A stretch of 64,000 nt of DNA from Opitutales bacterium (GTDB taxonomy: Bacteria > Verrucomicrobiota > Verrucomicrobiia > Opitutales > UBA2987): the NCBI GenBank assembly GCA_965226885.1, contig CBDDEL010000014.1, forward strand, positions 544,001-608,000, in the 5' to 3' direction. The translations under genes and the position numbers were made by a program. The first letter of the stretch is position 1. Each line of letters begins with the position of its first letter. The notes beneath the pieces were generated by a model that searched no databases, was not told the DNA's origin, and was given only the letters and a program-made list of their open reading frames with translations. Below, one piece after another: positions 55,066 through 64,000 of the stretch.

Positions 55066-56187
55066 TCACGATTCACCATAAAAATCGGCAATTAACGACA
55101 CCACATACTCTTGCTGGTCTATGGTGAGTTCAGGGTAAATCGGAAGAGCCAGTGTTTCCTTTGCGGCTTTTTCGCTATGGGGAAAATCACCTTCGGCATA
55201 ACCCAAAAAGGAAAAGCATTTTTGCAGGTGAAGAGGCACAGGGTAATAAACCTCATGGCCAATCTCTTTTTTTCTCAAAAATTCGCACAACTGATCACGC
55301 CGGTCAGATTTTATGATGTATTGATTATAAACATGGCGTGAGGTTTTATCGACAGGTGTTTTAATCAATTCCCGATTTATTAAGCCCGATTCTTTAAAAA
55401 GGCGGTTGTAGCGTTGGGCATTGATCTGACGAGCCATAGTCCAGCTATCTAGATAGGATAGTTTCACGGTTATGACTGCCGCCTGTAAAGCATCTAAACG
55501 GAAATTTCCACCCACCTGGTCATGATAGTATTTTTGTTGCGACCCGTGATTACGTAATGATGCCATAATATCAGCTTTCTCCCGATCATTGGTTACAACC
55601 ATTCCAGCGTCTCCGGCAGCCCCCAGGTTTTTAGATGGGAAAAATGAGAAACATCCATAACTTCCAAAGGTTCCAGCCCTCTTTCCATTATTTTCGGCTC
55701 CGATAGCCTGAGCGGCATCTTCTATTATAGTCAAATCATGTATTTTGGCCAAGGAAACTATGGGATCCATATCGGCCAATTGACCAAATAAGTGAACTGG
55801 TATAATTGCTTTTGTTTTTTTCGTTATTTTTTCCGTTATGGCGGAAGAATCTATAGTGTATGTACCAGGGTCGATATCAACAAAAACGGGTCGCGCCCCC
55901 AACCGGACAATTGAACCGACGGAAGCAAAAAAAGAGAAGGGAGTGGTAATTACCTCGTTGCCCTTGCTTATGTTCTCGGCCATCAGACTGATGATGAGGG
56001 CATCCGTCCCGGAGGAAACGCCGACTGCAAATTGGCAATCAGAATAAGCTGCCACGGCTTTTTCGCATTCAGTTACCTTGTCACCATTAATGAACATTTG
56101 TGAGGAAAAAATTTCGGCGACAACGGAATCGATCTCCGTTTTAATAGAATGGTATTGCGCTTTTAGGTCGAGCAGGGGAACTTTCAT
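55066..56187 (-). CDS. DegT/DnrJ/EryC1/StrS aminotransferase (WbpE-like)
   Basis: SSGTDAL, EDAAQAIG, SFFPSKNLG, NFRLDALQA. Confidence 0.93.
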   Translation of the reverse strand: MKVPLLDLKAQYHSIKTEIDSVVAEIFSSQMFINGDKVTECEKAVAAYSDCQFAVGVSSGTDALIISLMAENISKGNEVITTPFSFFASVGSIVRLGARPVFVDIDPGTYTIDSSAITEKITKKTKAIIPVHLFGQLADMDPIVSLAKIHDLTIIEDAAQAIGAENNGKRAGTFGSYGCFSFFPSKNLGAAGDAGMVVTNDREKADIMASLRNHGSQQKYYHDQVGGNFRLDALQAAVITVKLSYLDSWTMARQINAQRYNRLFKESGLINRELIKTPVDKTSRHVYNQYIIKSDRRDQLCEFLRKKEIGHEVYYPVPLHLQKCFSFLGYAEGDFPHSEKAAKETLALPIYPELTIDQQEYVVSLIADFYGES

Positions 56188-56283
56188 AAAAATAATGGGA
56201 TTATAATTTTCTATCCTATGAAGGGATTGGTATTAGATGTTCTCTGAAGCCGAAATGATGGCGGGAAGCCAGCTTCTATTTTC

Positions 56284-58240
56284 GGTAGTGTATTAAGTAG
56301 GAATGGTGGCTAATTCTTGATTATATTGATGAATGAAAAGTCTCAGACAGGTTTCATGCATACTCTTAAGCTTGGAAAAGGAGAGGGTTTTGCGTGTGAA
56401 ACGACCCAGTCGTTGGCGCAGGGTATTGTTCCATCGTTCCACATGGGCCGTTTCACCGGTTTCTTTTCCCACGGATCGGTTATGAGGAAAGACTTCATCA
56501 TAAGTGCTCCAAAAGTCGCTGTAGGTGGCACATCTTTTGTAGGCCCGTGGCAGACGCTCGTAAAGTTCCCGGCAACGATACCAATCCCGAGGCCCAATGG
56601 CATAGGAGAGGATTTGACGGGTGCGTCGGCAAAGAGCGATCCAAACCCATTGGGCATCGCTCTTGCGCCCCACAAAAGACCACAGTTCGTCCAGTTCAAT
56701 GACATCATGGCGGCGGGCCGCAAGAATCGTGCTTTTGAGCGGTCGCAGCGATTGTCGTTTTTTTTAACCAACTCAAAACGGTGTTGGGACTCACCCCGAA
56801 GGCGCGCTGTAAACCGCGTAGACTGCTGCGTTCCTGATAGACTCGAAGGATCATTTCTTTTTGCTCTTCGGTGTATTTCACTGTGGGGTTTTCGCGGCTT
56901 TGTTTACCACAATCATGGCAGCGGTAGCGCTGTTTATGGTTGGGCGTCTTGCCAAATTTAATGATATTTTCACTTCCACAGTGCCGACAATTAATAATTT
57001 TAGTAACCATGCACTAAGAATAAACTGCCTAACGCTATTTGTACAGCTATTAATCCGTCAATTGAATAGTAACAGTTAAGCGGCGTATTGAACATCCCGA
57101 TGATGGAAGAGTTTTTTAATCAAAATTGGTTTTCGTTGCCTGCTGCGCAGGTGGGTTCGCAGACTTCCCTGCAACTCAATTTGGCTGCGCGGGGCCGGCA
57201 GGTTCTTCAAGTTGGCTTTGACCGTGTTATTCAAATACTCATCGGGGTTCAATTCGGGACTGTAAGATGGTAGATAAAAAATCCCGATCCTATCGCGGTG
57301 GGCTTCAATCCAACCGGTTACTTTTTTAGCATGATGCACTCTCAGATTGTCCACAATGAGAAAGATTTTCCGTTTGGCTCCTTTGATTAATTGGCGCAGA
57401 AATTTGATAAACAGTTCCACATTCAAGGCTCCCTTGTAAACCATGAAACGCAGCTTTCCACGGTTGGTTATAGTCGAGATCATGCTCGTGCTAAAACGAC
57501 GCGCACTGCGTTTGGCAACTGGCGTTTTACCGCGCGGAGCATAACCTCTTCCCCGATGATCTTCGCTACTGATGCCGGTGATGCCGGTTTCATCTCCCCA
57601 GTGGATTTGGGCCTGTTGCGCTTTGGCTCTGGCTTCGATGGCCGGGTAAGTTTGATCAAGCCACTTCTTAATCGCCTCAGGCTGCTGCTCATAGGCTTGT
57701 CTTCGAGGTTTTTGTGGAGTGAAACCCCAACGGCGAAGATACTCGCCCACCGTGCGGATCGGCATCTTCAAAGCAAACTGCCTTTCAATCAACTCTTGCA
57801 CCGCTTGGCGCGTCCACAGGGCAAAGGGCATCTTAAGCTGGTCGGGTCTCTTATCGGTAATCATTCGGCACACCATGCGCTCTTGTTGGGAGCTCAATCT
57901 TCGACATTGGCCCTGCCGACGGCCCCGTTGTCCAAGCCGCAGGGCTTTTGGCCCTCCATTTCGGTAAAGGGCCCACCATTTGCGCACAGCGCTGATCGAT
58001 ACCTTTAAAACCACGGAAACCTCTTCATAAGTGCAACCCTCTCTTTTCAGATCCACCGCCCGACACCTCAGCTCATATATAGTCTCTTCGCTTAGTGAAC
58101 GCGCATCATTCCTATTCATGAACCTACTTTAGCATAAGTTATTGATATGTCACTATTTATTTGCCGGGTTATTGATATGTCACTATTTATTTGCCGGATT
58201 AATAAAAATACAAAATAACATTCTTTTTTTATACACTACC
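56284..58240 (-). mobile_element. IS1 type A carrying a nested IS630 type A
   Basis: 8-bp target duplication CTATTTTC. Confidence 0.95.
57050..58202 (-). mobile_element. IS630 type A copy 3; open transposase 57076-58119
   Basis: TA duplicated; 9-bp in-frame duplication (TGITGI) and 30-bp duplication at the left end. Confidence 0.95.
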
Positions 58241-59403
58241 CTATTTTCCAGGTGCCATTGAACCGTTTGCTTGAATCCATCTTCCGGGGTCATTGCAGGC
58301 TCCCAGCCAAGAATTCGTTGAGCTTTTGTGATATCGGCCTGCGTTTCCCGCATATCGGCGGAAATATTGGGACCAGGTTGAATCTTTGCTTTTTTGCCGG
58401 TTAGTTTTTCCAGCAATTGGAAAAGATTGTTTATAGGAAGTGGATTTTTTCCGCAGCCGATATTAATGATTTCATACCCCAAATCTTTAAGCCCAAGAAT
58501 GGTCCCATCGACGACATCATCGATATAGGTGAAGTCACGCGATTGATTGCCGTCACCGAATAATTTCAGGGGTTTATGGCCAAGAATCCACTCGATAAAA
58601 CGAAAAGTCGCCATATCGGGGCGGCCGGCAGGTCCGTAAACTGTAAAATATCGCAATACGGTTACATCGATTCCGTAAAGGTGATGATAGGTGTAAGCCA
58701 ACGTCTCGGCTGACTTTTTGGATGCTGCATAAGGAGAGATCGGAGTGTTGGAAGGATGGGACTCGACAAACGGTGAATCCTCACCGGCATAAAGTGAAGA
58801 AGTAGAGGCGAGGACTAATTTCGCGGTTTTAAATTTTCGCATAGCCTCCAAAATATTGATTACGCCCAATGAATTAGTACGAAAATAATCTTGAGGAATT
58901 TGTAAACTCCGGCGGACTCCAGCTCGCGCAGCCAGATGGAGCACGGCCCGAGGTCGATGCTTGGCAAATATCTTGTTAATTTCAGTTTCATTTTCGATGT
59001 CCGCCTTATAAAAAATGAATTTGGGATTTTTCAGCAGTCGATCGAGGCGGAATTGTTTCAATTCGATGGGGTAGTAATCATTCAAATTATCCACTCCAAT
59101 TACGCTGTGGCCCTGATCCAGTAATTTTTCCGTCGTGGCGGCTCCGATAAATCCGGCAGCCCCAGTTAGAAGTATATTTTGCAAAGCTTTAATTCCTCAC
59201 GGTTAGATACAGAATTACCGGTAACTGAAAGGATAAATTTATTGTTAATGTCAATGCCAAGCTGCCGCCCCTGGCCGTTCGGCGTTTTGCTGAAGCCAGT
59301 CCGTATATCAGATTTTGACTGTGTGGATCCATAGAATCCGGCGGAAGCTTGCAGGCATTTCATGCTTCCGTAAAAAATTGAGGCGAAAAGGCCGTTGCCA
59401 GGA

Positions 59404-59973
59404 TCAGGTATCGATAAATTTCAATACCCAGGGCAAAAGTCCCCTCGCCTTTTTATTCCAGGTAAAAAGGTAACTCATTCTTTCCTCGAAAATTTTTCTT
59501 TTTTCAGACGGGCTATGGTCGAGAATTTGCTGGAGGTTGATCAGACGTTCCTCCCCGTTTTCAAGATGCGGCATGATGCGTTCCCGCAAAAAACCGGCGG
59601 AAAGATTGCGCAAACGCAGCTCGGCCACAAAATGATCTTTGCGCTCTCCGGCTATGTAGGTTGTTTTGACTGCTCGAATATTTCGCAAGAAACGAAGGCT
59701 CTGGCTTGTCGAGCCTTTGCTGATCTTCAGACGATGCATAATTTCGTTAAAAGTAAGAGGTTCGAGGGAGCAATAGAGGAGGCCATAAATCTCACCGACC
59801 GATTTTGGCAGACCAAGGACTTGGGCGGTCTGAACAAAAATATGGATGATTTCGAGTTCAAACGGGCTGAGGTGGGAAGATATGGATGCGTCCGTAGAAA
59901 TCTTGATCAAGGATGAGGATGAAATTGCAAAGGTTTTGCTTCGCTTCACCTCTTTTTGCAGGTTAATGGCCAT
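59404..59973 (-). CDS. GbsR/MarR-family transcriptional regulator
   Basis: LGLPKSVGEIYGLLY..EPL...EI...L.ISKGS.S..LR.L..GERKDHF.AE. Confidence 0.8.
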   Translation of the reverse strand: MAINLQKEVKRSKTFAISSSSLIKISTDASISSHLSPFELEIIHIFVQTAQVLGLPKSVGEIYGLLYCSLEPLTFNEIMHRLKISKGSTSQSLRFLRNIRAVKTTYIAGERKDHFVAELRLRNLSAGFLRERIMPHLENGEERLINLQQILDHSPSEKRKIFEERMSYLFTWNKKARGLLPWVLKFIDT

Positions 59974-60105
59974 AAATTCGCCAAATAATAGGGAGAAATC
60001 GACTGAGTTCAAGAAAAAATGAACTATGTGAACTTAAAATTTCCGGAAATATTTAAATTTCTATTTATCAGTGATCCCGAGGTCGGGTAGGGAATGCCGA
60101 ATAAG

Positions 60106-60612
60106 TTATGAGGGGGTCTGTTCTAACTTTAGCAGCTTGGCAGTTTTTAGTTTATAGTAAAACCACAGGCCGCCTTGATACATAAAGGAAATTGCCAAAA
60201 CCATTGAATAAAAAACGCGATTCGAGAAGGTTGCAAATTCTCCCAATTCCTGGTCGCTCATCTCCAGGGTCAATCTAAGCATTTCCAGAATATCCGCTGG
60301 AACATCTTTTAAAGGATCGGAAGAATCGAATGAGAAAATGCTAAAACAAACATAGGCGATGATCAAACTTAAAAGCCAGAGTTGGCTGCCTTTGAGCCAT
60401 TTACCCGCATCCGACTGACCGTTGAGCAATTTTTTGCGGCCTTTCAGTTCCATGACACCGGAATAGGTGATGGCGATTCCCACGAGAGCATAGAGCCAAT
60501 CCTGGAAGGCAAGCGAAAACAAAGTGCATAATCCGGCAAATACGGTAATGCTACCGCCATTCCATTTTGAGACTGTCGCAACCCCACGAATTATTTTCTC
60601 TTTTGGGTCCAT
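60106..60612 (-). CDS. Hypothetical membrane protein
   Basis: About four hydrophobic segments; SD GGAGG. Confidence 0.65.
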   Translation of the reverse strand: MDPKEKIIRGVATVSKWNGGSITVFAGLCTLFSLAFQDWLYALVGIAITYSGVMELKGRKKLLNGQSDAGKWLKGSQLWLLSLIIAYVCFSIFSFDSSDPLKDVPADILEMLRLTLEMSDQELGEFATFSNRVFYSMVLAISFMYQGGLWFYYKLKTAKLLKLEQTPS

Positions 60613-60648
60613 TTATTATCCTCCGCCGAAGTTCGGATTGTAGAATGG

Positions 60649-61472
60649 TTATTCGTGAGAATGCGGCACAAAAGCGACGATCCGCAAGGGGCCGCCGCCG
60701 CCTCCTTTTATTTTCATGGGAAGCGCTATAACACGAAAGAACCTAAAGCCGGCAGACTGGAAAGGCGAGCCACATTTTCAAATACCGGGATATTATGTTT
60801 TAATAAAATCCGATGGCTGATAAAGACGCTCGATTGGCCGAAATCGATGCTCGGTGTGTCCAGTCCGATCGCCCCTACCCTTCTATTTTCAGTCAACCAT
60901 TGAGCCGCCTTCGGGTCCAGACCTGGAAAATGAAGCTTGGCCACGGCTTGGGGGCCTCTTTCATCAGTTCCCATGTATTTTTTGCGGTCGGGCCAAAATC
61001 GATCGTAACCAGTATTTAGAAGCAGTATGGCACCATCGGGTATTTTGCCGTGAAGTTCTTCCCAAGCAATCAAATCCCCAATGCTGACGAGATAGTCCGG
61101 ATCGGGAAGCGCCTTCTCTACGACATCAATGACGGCTGCGAATCCCAGTAATTTTTCAAGCGGAATTTCATCGGCAGTCATTTTCCCCTCCGCGAAATGG
61201 ATGGGCGCGTCCAAATGAGTGCCGCCATGCTCGGAGGCCCGTAAAGTATTGGATGCGTAAAACCATCCGCTCTCGGTCATGCCGTGGTAATCCACTTTGA
61301 GGGAAAACCCATCCGCGGTTGGCCAATAGGGAGTTTTTTCAGAAAAATCATGGGTCAAGTCGATCCATTGACCCTCCCCGAAAGGCGATGTTTCTCGACC
61401 CGACAGGAACGAGCCCGCAACAAAAAGGCAAAGCAGTAATAATGGGCGCGAAATAGGAAATCTTCTTTTCAT
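60649..61472 (-). pseudogene. Cyclase/kynurenine formamidase family, frameshifted near the C-terminus
   Basis: EHGGTHLDAP, GLDTPSID, FEN; tail IALPMKIKGGGGGPLRIVA is out of frame after a 2-bp GT duplication near 60732. Confidence 0.85.
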
Positions 61473-61495
61473 AACAACTTTTAATTATTGATAAA

Positions 61496-63223
61496 TTACC
61501 TGGAAAAATAATTTAAGACTTCGACCAAAGGTTTCGTATTGAGTACTTGATCCTTGCCAAGCCAACCTTTGCGGGCGGCGTTTACACCGGCGTGGTAATA
61601 GTGAAGCCCCTCGGTGCTATGGGCATCGGGATTGATGGCGCAAAGCAGGCCCTTTTCGGCAGCGCTTCGCCATAGCCGCCAGTCCATATCCAGGCGGCTC
61701 GGATTGGCATTGAGTTCGATAATTTTACCATTGGCGAGGGCCGCCTCGATCACTTTTAGGCGGTTGATTTTGTAGGGCTCCCGGCGTAGAAGGATGCGCC
61801 CGGTTAAATGACCCACCATTGTCGTATGCGGATGTTCAATGGCCTTGATAATGCGCGCTGTCATCTCATCCTCACTTTGGCTGAAAGCGGAGTGTACGGA
61901 TACCACCACATAATCGAGTTTTTGGAGCACCGAATCGCTGAAATCGAGTTGGCCGGAAGGTAAAATATCGCATTCCGTTCCGGTCAACAACCGGGTCGTG
62001 TATTTGCCGGATTCGTTGATGCGCCCAATTTCTTCAACTTGACGGAGCAAACGCTCCTCATCAAGGCCGCTGGCTTGAAAGCTGGCTTTCGAATGGTCCG
62101 CGATGCCGAGGTATTCCCAACCGAGCCTTTGAGCCTCGGCTGCCATTTCATCGAGGGTATTGTGCCCGTCTGAGGCGATAGTGTGATTATGGAATACTCC
62201 CTTGATATGGGATGGCTCGATCAAGCGGGGAATTTTTCCATTTTCGGCGGCTTCGATTTCGCCCAGGTCTTCGCGGATTTCCGGCGGAATGAAATCCAGT
62301 TTCAGAAAACGAAAAAGATCCGCCTCGCTTTCGATATTCACCTCCAGCAATTCCTCGCTCCCGCTCTCCGGGCGTAGGCCCCATTCGGTGAGGCTGAAGC
62401 CACTTTGCAGGGCTCGCTGCCGCATACGGACATTGTGGTCCTTCGATCCCGTAAAATGATGGAGGGCAAATACGAATTGCCTGGGCGGAACCACCCGAAG
62501 GTCTGCCTGGAGACCGCCCTGCAGTCGCACACTGGATTTAGTTTCTCCGTGAGCCGTTACTTCTTTCACCGATGGCTGGGCCGTAAACCAATCCATGACC
62601 GGTTGCGGGTGGTTGGAGGCGACTAAAAAATCGAGGTCGCCAACCGTTTCCAGGCGGCGCCGGAGGCTCCCTGCATGTTCGGCCCGCTCGACCGCCGGCA
62701 AGCCCCGCAAGCCCTCCAAAATCGGTTCCGCGGCGGCAAAGGCTGTCCACCACAAATGCCGTTTGCCATAAGCCTGGCGATTTTTTATCCCGGCAATTAT
62801 TTTTTCCTGCGACTTTTCACCGAATCCGGGCAGGTCGGCCACCTGACCGCTATGGCAAGCTGCCTGTAATTTCTTTATGGTATCAACACCGAGAGACTCA
62901 TGCACGGCCTTGATTTTTTTCGCGCCGAGGCCGGGAATTTCCAGCATTTCTACCAATCCAGGCGGCACCGATGCAACCAGCTTGTCGTAATACTCAAGGC
63001 TGCCGGTTTGGTAAAGAGTCTCGATTTTCTGGGCCAGGGCTTTGCCGATGCCCTTGAAGGAAGTCAGGCGGCCCTCGGCGACAACTTCGGCCAAATCCTC
63101 ATCGAGACTTTCCAATATACGCGCTCCGGATTGGTAAGCCCGGAATTTGAAAGGATTTTCGCCCCTTAATTCGAGCAGCAAAGCGATTTCGGAAAGCACC
63201 CCGGCGATGGTGTTTTTATCCAT
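61496..63223 (-). CDS. polX: DNA polymerase X / PHP 3'-5' exonuclease
   Basis: GSLRR..ETVGDLD, DLRVV, FTGSK.HN; PHP motifs HNHT..SDG, DHS, HLTGR, NPDAH. Confidence 0.95.
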   Translation of the reverse strand: MDKNTIAGVLSEIALLLELRGENPFKFRAYQSGARILESLDEDLAEVVAEGRLTSFKGIGKALAQKIETLYQTGSLEYYDKLVASVPPGLVEMLEIPGLGAKKIKAVHESLGVDTIKKLQAACHSGQVADLPGFGEKSQEKIIAGIKNRQAYGKRHLWWTAFAAAEPILEGLRGLPAVERAEHAGSLRRRLETVGDLDFLVASNHPQPVMDWFTAQPSVKEVTAHGETKSSVRLQGGLQADLRVVPPRQFVFALHHFTGSKDHNVRMRQRALQSGFSLTEWGLRPESGSEELLEVNIESEADLFRFLKLDFIPPEIREDLGEIEAAENGKIPRLIEPSHIKGVFHNHTIASDGHNTLDEMAAEAQRLGWEYLGIADHSKASFQASGLDEERLLRQVEEIGRINESGKYTTRLLTGTECDILPSGQLDFSDSVLQKLDYVVVSVHSAFSQSEDEMTARIIKAIEHPHTTMVGHLTGRILLRREPYKINRLKVIEAALANGKIIELNANPSRLDMDWRLWRSAAEKGLLCAINPDAHSTEGLHYYHAGVNAARKGWLGKDQVLNTKPLVEVLNYFSR

Positions 63224-63256
63224 ATGCCGTCATTCAATCCCACGGCCCTGAGAGGG

Positions 63257-64000
63257 TCAAGCCCGCCCGGAATTCTTGTTAAAAACCGGTTCATAGGCGC
63301 AACCTTTTGGATAAGTTTCGCACATTTGAATTCCTTTTTGCAAAAAATGCATTTCGGCAGAATTCGTAGCCAGTGAAAAGGCCTTATTAAAAAAGTTTCC
63401 GGCTTTCTCCGTTTGGCCGTTGCGTAAAAGCATTTCCCCCATGGTGGCGGGCAAAAGGTAGTAATTCATTAACGCTTCAGTGTTTCTGAGCAGCTCCAAT
63501 TCCGCCAGAGCAGCGGCGGGTCCTGCAACCATCCCCAGGTCTACAATTTTATTCAAAGCGTAAATCGGGGAGGAATCACTCTGGCAAAGACAATCGTAAT
63601 AAAACAGGATATTCTCCCATTCGGTGGCTTCGTAACTTTCTGCTGAGGCGTGGCAGGCGGCTATTCCAGCCATTAGATGGTATCGGCTGAGGGCTTCCCC
63701 TTTACCCGCGCGGTCGAGATGATAGAAACCATGCTGCAAAGAACTTTTGTCCCACTTCGAGCGATCCTGCTCCGATAGTAAAAGCAAGTTTCCGACCGTA
63801 TCCACCCTGGCTTCCGAGCGTGAATTTTGAAAATGCATCAGAGCCAGCAAAGCGTGTACCACTGGCATATCGCCAACCGGGTGATTCACCAAAAAATGAG
63901 CCAACCGAATGGCCTCCTCGCACAAATCTCGCCGAATCAGCGAATCACCCGCTGTCGCAATGTAACCTTCATTGAACAGAAGATAGATGGTTTCGAGAAC
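63257..64000 (-). CDS. ECF sigma factor with TPR-like C-terminal extension (ECF42-like); 5' end outside window
   Basis: IYLLFNEGY, DLCEEAIRL, ALLALM, QDRSKWD, YHL.AGIAACH. Confidence 0.85.
   Translation of the reverse strand, partial: VLETIYLLFNEGYIATAGDSLIRRDLCEEAIRLAHFLVNHPVGDMPVVHALLALMHFQNSRSEARVDTVGNLLLLSEQDRSKWDKSSLQHGFYHLDRAGKGEALSRYHLMAGIAACHASAESYEATEWENILFYYDCLCQSDSSPIYALNKIVDLGMVAGPAAALAELELLRNTEALMNYYLLPATMGEMLLRNGQTEKAGNFFNKAFSLATNSAEMHFLQKGIQMCETYPKGCAYEPVFNKNSGRA

Larger units (their letters stand above)
56233..59184 (-). pseudogene. NAD-dependent epimerase (UDP-glucuronate 4-epimerase-like); last ~14 codons displaced by IS1::IS630
   Basis: TGAAGFIG, YAASK, FTVYGPAGRPDM; native tail SWLPAIISASENI* lies beyond the IS, ending at 56233. 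May still be functional. Confidence 0.8.

Noticed and set aside
1..64000. CRISPR array, tRNA or rRNA
   Set aside because: No regularly spaced repeat-spacer units or recognisable structural RNA genes; long repeats are IS copies.

Overview
Bacterial chromosomal window in active erosion; the gene set suggests a PVC/Verrucomicrobia-like host (inference only). About 21.8 kb (~34%) is insertion-sequence DNA: ~18 whole or partial elements of the IS3, IS630 (two types), IS1 (two types), IS1380, IS21 and IS5/ISNCY-like families, many nested. Left to right: (1) a decaying minus-strand catabolic cluster (1-12080); (2) an intact nine-gene bacterial microcompartment (BMC) operon of the sugar-phosphate-utilisation type (18104-24411) with an RpiB-DeoC fusion, a triosephosphate isomerase carrying nearly the same N-terminal peptide as the neighbouring acylating aldehyde dehydrogenase, 1 BMC-H, 2 BMC-T and 3 BMC-P; (3) an IS pile-up (25191-39092); (4) a TonB-dependent receptor and two GspB-like proteins; (5) a PglF/PglE/PglD/PglC-type glycan locus with two IS1-broken genes (44138-59184); (6) a GbsR-like regulator, frameshifted cyclase, PolX-PHP and an ECF sigma factor. 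Also seen are two isolated attC-like sites and at least 13 perfect 6-30 bp tandem duplications, most private to single copies of near-identical IS elements. All calls come from motif recognition by eye; no searches were run.
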